This document shows, one piece after another, positions 9,809 through 19,645 of a DNA stretch of 51,962 bases; the first letter of the stretch is position 1; each line of letters begins with the position of its first letter. The DNA is taken from NCBI GenBank assembly GCA_947167235.1, contig CAMVHF010000002.1:1-51962 (forward strand), given 5' to 3'. The notes beneath the pieces are model-generated. The model searched no databases and had not been told where the DNA came from. It saw only the letters and a program-made list of their open reading frames with translations. This stretch comes from an uncultured Alphaproteobacteria bacterium. Its GTDB lineage: Bacteria > Pseudomonadota > Alphaproteobacteria > RF32 > CAG-239. Position numbers and translations under genes: made by a program.

Positions 9809-11218
9809 TTAGTCAAACCAACGACTGATTAAATGAACAATATCATTCCAAGTCGCAAGCAGCATAATACCCAATACTATGCAAAGCCCGACCTTGAAAA
9901 TATTTTCTTTTATATTAGGTTTAAGTTCTTTACCTATAACCAATTCTATCAAAAAGATAACTAAGCTTCCGCCATCCAATACAGGTATCGGCAAGAGATT
10001 AATCAATCCCAAATTAACGGACAGCAAAGCCATAAAATATATAAAACTTATTAAGCCGCCGGTTTTACTGATATCTCCGGACATTTCGGCGATACGAATA
10101 ATGCCGCCGACATCTTTACCGCCGCGACTGCCGGTGATCATTTGACCTAAACCGCGTAATGTAACGGCAGTCAGATCATAAGTCTCTTTCAGACCGGCTT
10201 GAACTGCCTCGGCTAAACTCAAGTGTTCGGTAAAATCGACTTTCGGTAATGATTGGATTCCGAGCATCCGACGTTTAACTTTTCGGCCGTCACTTTGTTC
10301 AAAATCCGTATCTTTTAATGTCACATTAATGGACATCGGACGGTGCAGAGCTATCTCCATTTCTTCATCAATATGTTCCGAAGCATACGCTCTAAACTCC
10401 TCTGCGGTTTTTATCGGCTCGCCGTTAATTGATTCAACAACATCACCGACCATAAAGCCTGCCCGTTCGGCCGCACTGTCTTCCACAATATCATATACAA
10501 TCGGTAAATTTACTTCTTCCGAACTATTATTGCCGATATTAAAAATCAGGCCCAATATTTTTTCACGTTTTTGAATTTCATTAAATACAAATGACGTTTC
10601 TTCGGCACTTACTTTGAAAGTCATCGGGCGTTCGATTTTAACAACAACATCATCGGTCTCGGAAAGCGCGACTTCGTTACTTAAAGATTGGAAATCCGGC
10701 GTTAAATTCCCGTTTAAAGATATAATATGATCACCTTCCATAATTCCGGCAGCTTCCGCAGCCTCTCCAGGCATAACCTTGCCCACAATCGAAGGATATA
10801 CCATCTTGCCGAAGCTGTAAAACAACATAACGAAAACAACGACGGCAAACAAATAGTTAAACAACGGTCCGGCCACGACTATACATATTTTTTTCCATGC
10901 GGCCTGCAAAGGAAATGCGCCTTTTTTATCTTCTTCGGATAATTTTTCCAAGCTGTCATCAACCGTCGATGAAGAAGCATCGGCATCTCCCAAAAACTGA
11001 CAATACCCGCCGAGCGGTACGGCTGATATTTTCCAACATGTTCCGTATTTATCGGTGCGGCTCCAGAGTTCTTTGCCGAAACCTATGGAAAAGGCGACAA
11101 CTTTTACCCCCAGTGAACGGGCAACGATAAAATGCCCGAACTCATGCACAAAAACCAATATCCCCAATAAAACAATGAAAGGGACGATATAGTAAATAAT
11201 ATTTAACAGCATTTCCAT
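9809..11218 (-). CDS. rseP: RIP zinc metalloprotease RseP (site-2 protease, two PDZ regions)
   Basis: HEFGHFIVAR (HExxH) sits in the first TM segment. PDZ-like repeats (GDHIISLNG, GDVVESING) and the C-terminal NLLPIPVLDGG motif are present. Confidence 0.9.
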   Translation of the reverse strand: MEMLLNIIYYIVPFIVLLGILVFVHEFGHFIVARSLGVKVVAFSIGFGKELWSRTDKYGTCWKISAVPLGGYCQFLGDADASSSTVDDSLEKLSEEDKKGAFPLQAAWKKICIVVAGPLFNYLFAVVVFVMLFYSFGKMVYPSIVGKVMPGEAAEAAGIMEGDHIISLNGNLTPDFQSLSNEVALSETDDVVVKIERPMTFKVSAEETSFVFNEIQKREKILGLIFNIGNNSSEEVNLPIVYDIVEDSAAERAGFMVGDVVESINGEPIKTAEEFRAYASEHIDEEMEIALHRPMSINVTLKDTDFEQSDGRKVKRRMLGIQSLPKVDFTEHLSLAEAVQAGLKETYDLTAVTLRGLGQMITGSRGGKDVGGIIRIAEMSGDISKTGGLISFIYFMALLSVNLGLINLLPIPVLDGGSLVIFLIELVIGKELKPNIKENIFKVGLCIVLGIMLLATWNDIVHLISRWFD

Positions 11219-11228
11219 TTACATCACC

Positions 11229-12131
11229 TTATAAAATATAAGTAAAAAAGATATACATAAACGGAGCGGCAAAAATCAAACCATCCACACGGTCAAAAAC
11301 GCCGCCGTGTCCCGGAATAAGTTTGGAAGAATCTTTAACCCCAACCGTTCTTTTGATTGCCGATTCAATTAAATCGCCGACTTGAGCCAATAAGGCAAGT
11401 AATACAGCCAATGCCGCATATAACATCTGGCTGTCAATATTTAAGCGAACCTGCCATGAATCGTGCGAAAATGAAATATAACGGAACTTGGTAAAATCAT
11501 AAGATGGAATTTCCAAAATTTTGGTACAACAATACATAAATATAATGCTGACCGATACCGCCAATAAAACACCGCCGCACAGGCCTGACCATGTTTTATT
11601 CGGACTGATTTTAGGCGCCAACTTCGGGCCGCGCAAATTGCAACCGACGACAAGCCCGCCAATATCCATACTCCAGACCATCAGGAAGAACCATAAGGTC
11701 ATGATAAAGCTGTAATTGTAGCGCGGATCAAAATTACCTTCACTCGGATCAAAATAGCGATAAATCCAAACCAGTGATGCAACACCGATTGAAATGTACG
11801 GCACACCGAGAGTAAGCAATTTGCGGTACTTTGCTTTATCGGCAATAACCCAAACCACTAAGGTTACGACGGCAATCATCGGTAAAACAACCGCAAAATT
11901 ATACGTCCAAATTGATGAAGCCAAACTGATGATATAAGCCGTAACATAATACGAAGCCGTTTCCGGTTCGGACAGCATATTTGCCCATTCCCAAGCCAAA
12001 AGACCGCCCACAATGACAGCCAGAATTTCGATATACGGACTGCCGACATATAACGCTTCGATAGCTATCGGAATCATCACAATTGCTGCCAATATTCTTT
12101 TTGTAATAGCCCCGAATTTACGACTTACCAT
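11229..12131 (-). CDS. cdsA: phosphatidate cytidylyltransferase
   Basis: Polytopic membrane protein carrying the signature ESAIKRTVGVKDSSKLIPGHGGVFDRVDG. Confidence 0.9.
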   Translation of the reverse strand: MVSRKFGAITKRILAAIVMIPIAIEALYVGSPYIEILAVIVGGLLAWEWANMLSEPETASYYVTAYIISLASSIWTYNFAVVLPMIAVVTLVVWVIADKAKYRKLLTLGVPYISIGVASLVWIYRYFDPSEGNFDPRYNYSFIMTLWFFLMVWSMDIGGLVVGCNLRGPKLAPKISPNKTWSGLCGGVLLAVSVSIIFMYCCTKILEIPSYDFTKFRYISFSHDSWQVRLNIDSQMLYAALAVLLALLAQVGDLIESAIKRTVGVKDSSKLIPGHGGVFDRVDGLIFAAPFMYIFFTYIL

Positions 12132-12876
12132 ATCTTCTCTCCCTATCTTTAAACTCTGTTACAATCTGTTGTAATTCAGCCTCGGAAAAATCAGGCCAAA
12201 ATGTTTTTGAAAAATAAAACTCCGTATATGCCAGTTGCCACAGCAAATAATTGCTTATACGCACTTCACCGCTGGTTCGAATCAATAAATCCGGATCAGG
12301 TATGTTTTTAGTGTATAAATTATCGGCAACCGTCTGCATATTTACATCATTAACATCAAGTGTACCGTCCTTAACCTTTTCGGCTATATTGCGTATTGCC
12401 GAAACAATTTCCTGACGACTTCCGTAGCTTAAAGCCACACAAAGCGTTACCGATTGATTATTCTCCGTATCTTTTTCGATTTTTTGCATTTTTTCGATAA
12501 TATCCGGAGCCAGCATATAGCGTTCACCGATAAAAATGATCCGGACATCGTTTTCCTGCAATTCTTTAAAACTGGTATCCAAATAATGACGCAACAGATT
12601 CATCAATGCTTCGACTTCGGATTTTTCGCGTTGCCAGTTTTCGGTTGAAAAGGCGTACACCGTCATATATTTTACACCTAAACGTTTAACGGCTTTGGCT
12701 ACTTCAATAAGTGTTTCGGCGCCTTTTTTATGCCCCATAGCAATCGGCAAACCGCGCTGTTTAGCCCAACGCCGATTACCGTCCATAATAAATGCTATAT
12801 GTTTCAAATTATCGGTTACCACACTTAAGTTCCTATACTTGCATAATATCTTTTTCTTTAGCTGACAGTTGGTCAT
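12118..12876 (-). CDS. uppS: di-trans,poly-cis-undecaprenyl-diphosphate synthase
   Basis: IMDGNRRWAKQRGLP and the ENW/RTSGE motifs are present. The ATG at 12876 overlaps frr by 44 nt. An in-frame GTG at 12824 (VVTDNLKHIAF...) would remove the overlap, so the start is uncertain. Confidence 0.9.
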   Translation of the reverse strand: MTNCQLKKKILCKYRNLSVVTDNLKHIAFIMDGNRRWAKQRGLPIAMGHKKGAETLIEVAKAVKRLGVKYMTVYAFSTENWQREKSEVEALMNLLRHYLDTSFKELQENDVRIIFIGERYMLAPDIIEKMQKIEKDTENNQSVTLCVALSYGSRQEIVSAIRNIAEKVKDGTLDVNDVNMQTVADNLYTKNIPDPDLLIRTSGEVRISNYLLWQLAYTEFYFSKTFWPDFSEAELQQIVTEFKDRERRYGKS

Positions 12877-13396
12877 CTACTTTTTTGATGGCATCATCCG
12901 TCCATTTTTGAATATCATTATTATATTTTTTCTCCTCATCTTCTGAGATCAATGAATCTTTTTTCATTTTTTTGACTTCATCCATTGCATCGCGGCGAAT
13001 ATTGCGAATCGCAACTTTGCCTTGTTCGGCATATTTACCGGCAATTTTCGAAAGCTCTTTGCGACGTTCTTCACTAAGCGGCGGAATCGGAATACGAATC
13101 AGCTGGCCGTCAGACATCGGATTTAAGCCTAAATCGCTTTCACGCAAAGCTTTTTCGACATTTTTAGATAAGCCTTTATCCCAAACGCTTATAGATAATG
13201 TGCGGGCATCCGGTACACTGACCGTACCGACTTGGCTAATCGGCGTCATGCTGCCGTAAGCATCTACCAAAATACCATCCAAAAGGCTGGCATGTGCGCG
13301 ACCGGCACGCAACCCGCTAAAATCATTTTTCAACGTTTCAAGCGTTTTATCCATTTTATGCAATGTCTGTTCTTTCAACGAATTATAATCTGTCAT
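12833..13396 (-). CDS. frr: ribosome recycling factor
   Basis: 187-aa full-length RRF (LRAGRAHASLLDGILVDAYGS...). Confidence 0.95.
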   Translation of the reverse strand: MTDYNSLKEQTLHKMDKTLETLKNDFSGLRAGRAHASLLDGILVDAYGSMTPISQVGTVSVPDARTLSISVWDKGLSKNVEKALRESDLGLNPMSDGQLIRIPIPPLSEERRKELSKIAGKYAEQGKVAIRNIRRDAMDEVKKMKKDSLISEDEEKKYNNDIQKWTDDAIKKVDDQLSAKEKDIMQV

Positions 13397-13407
13397 AATT
13401 GCCTCTC

Positions 13408-14118
13408 TTATTTTATTAATGTATATTTTGCTTCACCGCACACGGCTTTCAACACAGCATCATCGCTTTTTTGTGCAAATACCATTATCGGCATTTGATT
13501 ATCTCTGGCTAATGCTATGGCCGTCATATCCATAACGTTGAGTTGTTTTTCCAAAACTTCGTCGTATCCGATATTATCATAGCGTTTAGCCTCTTTATTG
13601 TAGCGCGGATCGGAGTCATACACTCCGTCAACCTGTGTTGCTTTCATCACAACATCGCAGTGCATTTCAACAGCCCGAAGAACTGCACCGGAATCGGTTG
13701 TAAAATACGGACTTCCCGTTCCGCAAGCAAACAAAGCGACTGTATTTTCTTTCAAAGCTCTCTGAGCTTCTCTGAAGCTGTACGGTTCACAAACCTGTGG
13801 CATACTCAAACCCGAAAAAACCTTTGCCGGACAACCTAAGCTTTCAAGTGCCGATTTCATCGTTAAAGCATTCATCACCGTTGCCAACATACCAATTTGA
13901 TCGGCAACACTCCTATCCATAAAGGCACCGCCGTCTTTGGCTCCGCGAAAGATATTCCCGCCACCGATAACCAAACAAATTTGCACGCCCAAATCGTGTA
14001 CAGCCTTAATCTCGCGTGCCAACTTTTGCACGATTGCCGCTTCGGTTCCGATCTTTTTATCTCCCGCCAAACCTTCACCGGAGAGCTTTAACATTATCTT
14101 TTTAAATTCGGGTTTCAT
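13408..14118 (-). CDS. pyrH: UMP kinase
   Basis: 236 aa with the amino-acid-kinase fold motifs MLKLSGEGL and VIGGGNIFRG. Confidence 0.95.
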   Translation of the reverse strand: MKPEFKKIMLKLSGEGLAGDKKIGTEAAIVQKLAREIKAVHDLGVQICLVIGGGNIFRGAKDGGAFMDRSVADQIGMLATVMNALTMKSALESLGCPAKVFSGLSMPQVCEPYSFREAQRALKENTVALFACGTGSPYFTTDSGAVLRAVEMHCDVVMKATQVDGVYDSDPRYNKEAKRYDNIGYDEVLEKQLNVMDMTAIALARDNQMPIMVFAQKSDDAVLKAVCGEAKYTLIK

Positions 14119-14279
14119 TATTCCACCATAAATTAATTTCTTTAGTATGTTATCTTTTTTATTTGCTTTGTCATCATTATTTTACAGTGTTTCAACAGGA
14201 TTTTTAGCAAATTTAAAATATGGTTGAAATTTTCAATAACTTCGGCTACAACGTAAGCAAATATTAGAGGAGGTCTGTT

Positions 14280-14918
14280 ATGATTCTTATGCTTTTAGTA
14301 TGCGCTCTTTGCGGTTATTTGGCCGGTTCGATCCCTTTCGGATTGGTTTTATGTTATATTGCCGGTTACGGTGATATCCGTAAAATCGGTTCCGGTAACA
14401 TCGGTGCCACTAACGTTTTGCGTACGGGAAACAAATGGCTGGCTCTGCTGACCGTTATTTTAGACGCCTTCAAAGCCGGTTTGGCTGCATTTATTGCGTA
14501 TAAACTTGTTCCTGATTTGGAAATCGGCACATTCGGCGGCCAACCGTTGCAATTAAACGTTTTAGCTTCTCTTATTGCCGGTGTTTTCGGTGTTTTGGGA
14601 CACAATTTTCCGGTATGGCTCAAATTTAAGGGCGGCAAAGGTGTCTCCTCGGCATTCGGTTTAATTTTAATGACGCAATGGCCGGTTGCATTGGTTGCCT
14701 TAGGTATATGGTTAACAATGGCCTTCACTTTCCGTTATTCGTCGCTATCGGCTTTAACGGCAGCAGCTGCCATGCCGATTATTGCTTTCTTTATGTGTCC
14801 GCCGATCTATGCGGCATTTTATACCGGCGTGGCTTTATTGGTTATCATACGCCATCATGCCAACATTGCACGCTTACTCAAGGGTGAAGAAAGTAAAATC
14901 TCTTTCAAAAAGAAATAA
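14280..14918 (+). CDS. plsY: glycerol-3-phosphate acyltransferase PlsY
   Basis: 212-aa membrane protein with GSGNIGATNVLRTG and HNFPVWLKFKGGKG. Confidence 0.92.
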   Translation: MILMLLVCALCGYLAGSIPFGLVLCYIAGYGDIRKIGSGNIGATNVLRTGNKWLALLTVILDAFKAGLAAFIAYKLVPDLEIGTFGGQPLQLNVLASLIAGVFGVLGHNFPVWLKFKGGKGVSSAFGLILMTQWPVALVALGIWLTMAFTFRYSSLSALTAAAAMPIIAFFMCPPIYAAFYTGVALLVIIRHHANIARLLKGEESKISFKKK

Positions 14919-16033
14919 TGGCCACGGGAAATCTGACAAATATCTTAAGACTGCTCAATACCGAAGGTATCGGGCCGGTGACGTTTTATAAATTATTGGA
15001 AAAACACGGTGATATCGAAACAGCTTTGGAAGCAATCGCCGCCAAGAAAAAAGTTGTCACAACAACTGAGGCTGAATGTATGATTGCCGATGCCGAAAAG
15101 AAAAATGTCAAAATTATTCCGTACACTTCACCTATATATCCGCAACAATTATTGCAAATCAATGATGCACCGCCGGTAATTTATGCACTGGGCAATATCG
15201 AGCTGTTAAATTATCCTTATTCCGTTGCCGTCGTCGGTGCACGAAATGCCTCGATAGCCGGTCGCAAAATTGCCTCGCGAATCGCTTATGATCTGACGCA
15301 AGCCGATGTGCTGGTCGTTTCCGGTATGGCGCGCGGTATTGATGCCGCCGCCCATAAAGGCGCACTGTATGCCAAACAGCAACAAGGTCCGACGATTGCG
15401 GTTTTAGGTACCGGTGTTGATGAAATTTATCCGCTTGAAAATGCCGATCTTTATAATGATATTTGTCGGCAGGGTTTGGCTATTTCCGAATTCGCACTCG
15501 GTACTAAAGCGCAAGTTTCGAATTTTCCGCGTCGCAACCGAATTATCTCGGCATTAACACAAGGATTGTTGGTTGCCGAAGCAAGTTTAAATTCCGGCTC
15601 ACTTATAACGGCACGCTTAGCTTTGGAACAAGGTAAAGAAATATTTGCCGTTCCGGGTTCGCCACTCGAAAATCGAGCGGCCGGACCGAACCGTTTGATT
15701 AAGGAAGGTGCCGTATTAACCGAAAGTGCCGAAGACATACTTAATGTATTAAGTATGACCGCAAACCGACAGATAAAAATCTCAAAAATTGAATCGTTAC
15801 CTCTTGACAAAGCCGAAAATAATGTAAATATTTCTGTGCAGAATACGGCTGAAAAAACAAAGTCCGAAAACGTCAATCTGCTGGATTTAATCAGCTTTGA
15901 GGGTGTAGATATCGATGTTTTGTTACGCACCAGCAACCTTTCACAAGCTGATTTTTTCACACAAATATTGGACTTGGAATTTTCAGGTAAAATACAGCGT
16001 CAGGCAGGCAATAAGGTCGCTCGACTTAAATAG
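14918..16033 (+). CDS. dprA: DNA-processing protein DprA
   Basis: 371 aa with the Rossmann-like DprA core (VVGARNAS...VVSGMARGIDAAAH...GSLITARLALEQGKEIFAVPG). The ATG overlaps the plsY stop. Confidence 0.9.
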   Translation: MATGNLTNILRLLNTEGIGPVTFYKLLEKHGDIETALEAIAAKKKVVTTTEAECMIADAEKKNVKIIPYTSPIYPQQLLQINDAPPVIYALGNIELLNYPYSVAVVGARNASIAGRKIASRIAYDLTQADVLVVSGMARGIDAAAHKGALYAKQQQGPTIAVLGTGVDEIYPLENADLYNDICRQGLAISEFALGTKAQVSNFPRRNRIISALTQGLLVAEASLNSGSLITARLALEQGKEIFAVPGSPLENRAAGPNRLIKEGAVLTESAEDILNVLSMTANRQIKISKIESLPLDKAENNVNISVQNTAEKTKSENVNLLDLISFEGVDIDVLLRTSNLSQADFFTQILDLEFSGKIQRQAGNKVARLK

Positions 16034-16044
16034 GAAGCTAAAGA

Positions 16045-18505
16045 ATGAAATTAGTCGTCGTAGAATCTCCGGCAAAAGCCAAAACCATTAATAAATATCT
16101 GGGCAGCGATTACAAAGTGCTTGCCAGTTACGGGCATATCCGCGATTTGCCGAGTAAGGACGGTTCGGTTGATCCGGATCATGACTTTGCCATGCAATGG
16201 GAATTCAGTGCCGCCGGACGCAAACACTTGAACGACATTATCACAGCCTTAAAAGACTGCGATACGCTTATTCTCGCATCCGACCCGGATAGAGAAGGAG
16301 AAGCTATCGCTTGGCATATTTTGGAAGAATTAAAAGAAAAGAAAAAGCTGACCGGCAAAAAAATCGAGCGTGTCGTTTTCCACGAAATTACCAAGTCAGC
16401 CGTTAAAGAAGGTATTGAAAATCCGCGCGAAATCGATAACGATTTGGTCAGTGCCTACATGGCGCGCCGCGCTTTGGATTATTTGGTAGGCTTTACATTA
16501 TCGCCTGTTTTGTGGCGCAAACTGCCGGGTTCAAAATCGGCCGGTCGCGTTCAGTCGGTTGCCTTGCGTTTAATCTGTGAGCGTGAAAACGAAATCGAAA
16601 AGTTCAAAACCGAAGAATATTGGACCGTCGATGCCGATTTAATCACACAATCGCAAGCTCACATGCTGACGCACCTGATTAATCTTGACGGTAAAAAGCT
16701 CGATAAATTTACCTTAAATTCGGAAGAAAAAGCTTTAGAAGCTAAGGCTAAAATCGAAGCACAGGATTTCCATATTGACAATGTCGAGCGCAAAAAAGCC
16801 AGCCGCTATCCGGCACCGCCGTTTACGACTTCGACATTACAACAAGAGGCTGCGCGCAAATTAAGATTTTCAGCCAAAAAGACCATGCAAGTTGCGCAGA
16901 AACTTTATGAAGACGGTTATATCACCTACATGCGTACCGATGCCGTCAATCTTTCCAAAGATGCCATAAGCGCTTGCCGTGAAGCCATTAAAAAATATTT
17001 CGGCGAATCTTATTTACCGAAAACCGCCAAAGAATATAAAAACAAGACCAAAAATGCCCAAGAAGCACACGAGGCTATTCGTCCGTCTGACGTAATGAAT
17101 ACGCCGAAAAAGATGGAAATGAAATTGGACAGCGATGCCCACAAGCTTTATGAGCTGATTTGGAAGCGTACGGTCGCCTGCCAGATGAATCCGGCCATTT
17201 TGGATAAAGTCGTTGTCGATGCCAAATCGGCTGATAATAAAATTTTATTGCGTGCCAACGGTCAGGTTATTCAGTTCGACGGCTTTTTGAAATTATACCA
17301 AGAAAGTAAAGACGATGCCGACGAAAATGACGATAACGTTATTTTGCCAAACGTCGAAGCCGGTGAAAATGTCAATAAAGGCGAAATTAAGCCGACACAG
17401 CACTTTACCACACCGCCGCCGAGATTTACCGAAGCCAGTTTGGTTAAAAAGCTTGAAGAACTCGGTATCGGCCGTCCGTCGACGTATGCCAGCATTATCG
17501 CCGTTTTGCAAGAGCGCAAATATGTCCGTGTTGAAAAACTGCGTTTTATTCCGGAAGATCGCGGTCGTATTGTAACGGTATTTTTGGAAAACTTCTTCAA
17601 GAAATATGTCGAATACGATTTTACCGCCCAACTGGAAGAATTTTTGGATGATGTTTCTGCCGGCAAGATGGAATGGAAAAAGCTGTTAACCGGTTTTTGG
17701 AATAAATTTATCAAAACCGTCGACAGTGTTCAGCCTTTGCAACTAACCGAAGTTATCAACCGCATTGATGAGGCTTTGTCGGCGCACTTATTTCCACCGC
17801 GCGAAGACGGCTCGGATCCGCGCAGTTGTCCGGTTTGCGGTAAAGGACATTTAAGTATTAAATTCGGTCGTTTCGGTCATCGGCTGTTCGAATTATCCGG
17901 AATGCACTTATACCAAACCGCTTACGGATACTTCCGCCGAAGAACAGGAAGCGGCTGCCAATGCCGCTGTTAAGCCTGTAGCAAATGAAGATAAAATCAT
18001 GGGCCAATATAACGGTATGAATATTTACCTTAAAAAAGGACCGTACGGACATTATGTTCAGCTCGGCGAAGATGCTACCGCCACAACCGAAAAACCGAAG
18101 CGCGTTTCTCTGCCTAAATTCGTTAAGGCCGAAGAATTAACACCTGAACAAGCTGAGATTTTGATTTCGTTACCGCGTCAATTGGGTAACGGTATTGAAG
18201 CTAATATCGGTAAGTTTGGTCAATACTTAAAGCAAGGTACAAAATCAAAGTCGTTAACCGGTGCCGATAATATCTTCAACATAACGCTTGAACGTGCCGA
18301 AGAAATTTTGGAAAGCGCCGTTGCTAAACCGGAACCGAAGGTTTTGGGTAAACATCCGGAAACCAAAGAAGATATTACGCTTAATCGCGGCAGATACGGC
18401 ATGTATTTGAAATGTGGTAAAAATAATTACGCCATTCCAAAAGGTTATGCGCCGAGTTCGTTAACCGAAGAAGAAGCGATTAAAATCGTCACCGCGAAAA
18501 AATAA
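16045..18505 (+). pseudogene. topA: DNA topoisomerase I, reading frame broken by a +1/-2 frameshift near 17878 (track ORFs 16045..17973 and 17999..18505)
   Basis: It has the TOPRIM N-terminus MKLVVVESPAKAKTINKYLG and active-site Tyr block GYITYMRTDA. Frame 1 reads CPVCGKGHLSIKFGRFG and then turns to nonsense. From 17879, frame 2 (open from 17855) reads IGCSNYPECTYTKPL and runs into the 168-aa ORF. Confidence 0.85.
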
Positions 18506-18596
18506 TCGTTTTTGGGAAAAATTGTCACAAATTGCTTGCAAATTCAAAAATATGCGTTTATACCTTTGGCAAAAGTATAAAATATCGAGGTATTGA

Positions 18597-18818
18597 ATGA
18601 GTAAAGAAGAATTGCTGGAATTGACCGGCGAAGTCATTGAAAAATTGCCAAACGCGATGTTTCGCGTTAAATTGGAAAATGGTGTGGAAATTTTAGCACA
18701 CACCGCCGGTAAAATGCGTAAATTCCGTATTCGCGTTATGGTCGGTGATAAAGTTGATATTGAGATGACGCCTTATGATTTAACCAAAGGGCGTATTACC
18801 TTCCGCCATAAAGATTAA
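18597..18818 (+). CDS. infA: translation initiation factor IF-1
   Basis: 73-aa S1-like protein ([36 protein letters not shown]...). Confidence 0.95.
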   Translation: MSKEELLELTGEVIEKLPNAMFRVKLENGVEILAHTAGKMRKFRIRVMVGDKVDIEMTPYDLTKGRITFRHKD

Positions 18819-18824
18819 AAATCT

Positions 18825-18852
18825 AAACCGCCGAAACGGCGGTTTTATTTTT
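18825..18852 (+). terminator. rho-independent terminator after infA
   Basis: A perfect 9-bp stem AAACCGCCG/CGGCGGTTT with a 3-nt loop is followed by a T-rich tail. Confidence 0.8.
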
Positions 18853-18937
18853 AATAACTATTACTTTTTTCATAATTTACTTTATGTTAAAACTATGACA
18901 ATATAGATACAAATACAGTTTTTTAAGGAGAAACGTG

Positions 18938-19585
18938 ATGAAAAATATAAACAATCAAACCGGCCGTTCAATGATTGAAATGCTCGGTGTTCTAGCCATT
19001 ATCGGTGTTTTGTCGGTTGGCGGTATTGCCGGTTACTCGAAAGCCATGATGCAATACAAAATCAATAAAACCGTTGATCAGATTTCTCAAATTGCCGGTA
19101 ATATCAGAACCTTATTTGCCAGCCAAAAAGATTACAAAGCTTTGGATAATGGCACAGGTAGTATAAACTATACATTGATAAAAAAAGCCCACCTTGTTCC
19201 TGATGAAATGTGGAATACCGGACAAACGGCAATAGAAAATCCTTTCGGCGGAAGTTTTAGCATCATGTCCGCCGGTAAAAAACAAGGCGTGGTAGATTGG
19301 AAAGGGTTTGGTTTTTATTTAACCAGTTTACCTGAAGATGCTTGCATGGCGTTAGCTACATACGATTGGGGTTCAGGCACATCTTCCGGCTTAGTTGCTG
19401 TCGGAATTAATGCCGGTTCACCTAATAGTATTACCTCCACCACCCGTTTTTACGGAGGAATGGGCAATAATGATGAGGCTGTTGCCATTCCGGGCGGAAC
19501 AGTTTCTGTCCCGATGCCTGTCAATATTGCCGCCAGTGCGTGTAAAACAGGTGACACTAATTCCATTACGGTTAATTTTCACTAG
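18938..19585 (+). CDS. type IV pilin-like protein (prepilin-type N-terminal cleavage/methylation segment)
   Basis: The N-terminus MKNINNQTG|RSMIEMLGVLAIIGVLSVGGIAGY has Gly at -1, Glu at +5 and a hydrophobic helix. AAGGAG lies 7 nt upstream of the ATG at 18938. The track starts at the GTG at 18935. Confidence 0.75.
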   Translation: MKNINNQTGRSMIEMLGVLAIIGVLSVGGIAGYSKAMMQYKINKTVDQISQIAGNIRTLFASQKDYKALDNGTGSINYTLIKKAHLVPDEMWNTGQTAIENPFGGSFSIMSAGKKQGVVDWKGFGFYLTSLPEDACMALATYDWGSGTSSGLVAVGINAGSPNSITSTTRFYGGMGNNDEAVAIPGGTVSVPMPVNIAASACKTGDTNSITVNFH

Positions 19586-19611
19586 TTCGTCAGTTATAAT
19601 GATAAGCCTCA

Positions 19612-19645
19612 AACAACTCCGTTTAAGTAAACGGAGTTGTTTTTA
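19612..19645. terminator. terminator shared by the convergent pilin gene and trxB
   Basis: A perfect 13-bp stem AACAACTCCGTTT/AAACGGAGTTGTT with a 4-nt loop and T-run abuts the trxB stop codon. Confidence 0.8.

Noticed and set aside
12833-12876. The 44-nt overlap between the uppS start and the frr end might be something unusual.
   Set aside because: It is most simply explained by start-codon ambiguity. An in-frame GTG at 12824 gives a normal-length UppS N-terminus with no overlap.
17999-18505. The 168-aa ORF could be an independent gene downstream of topA.
   Set aside because: Its frame is open back to 17855 and encodes the missing half of the TopA zinc ribbon (IGCSNYPECTYTKPL). It is the C-terminal part of a frameshifted topA.
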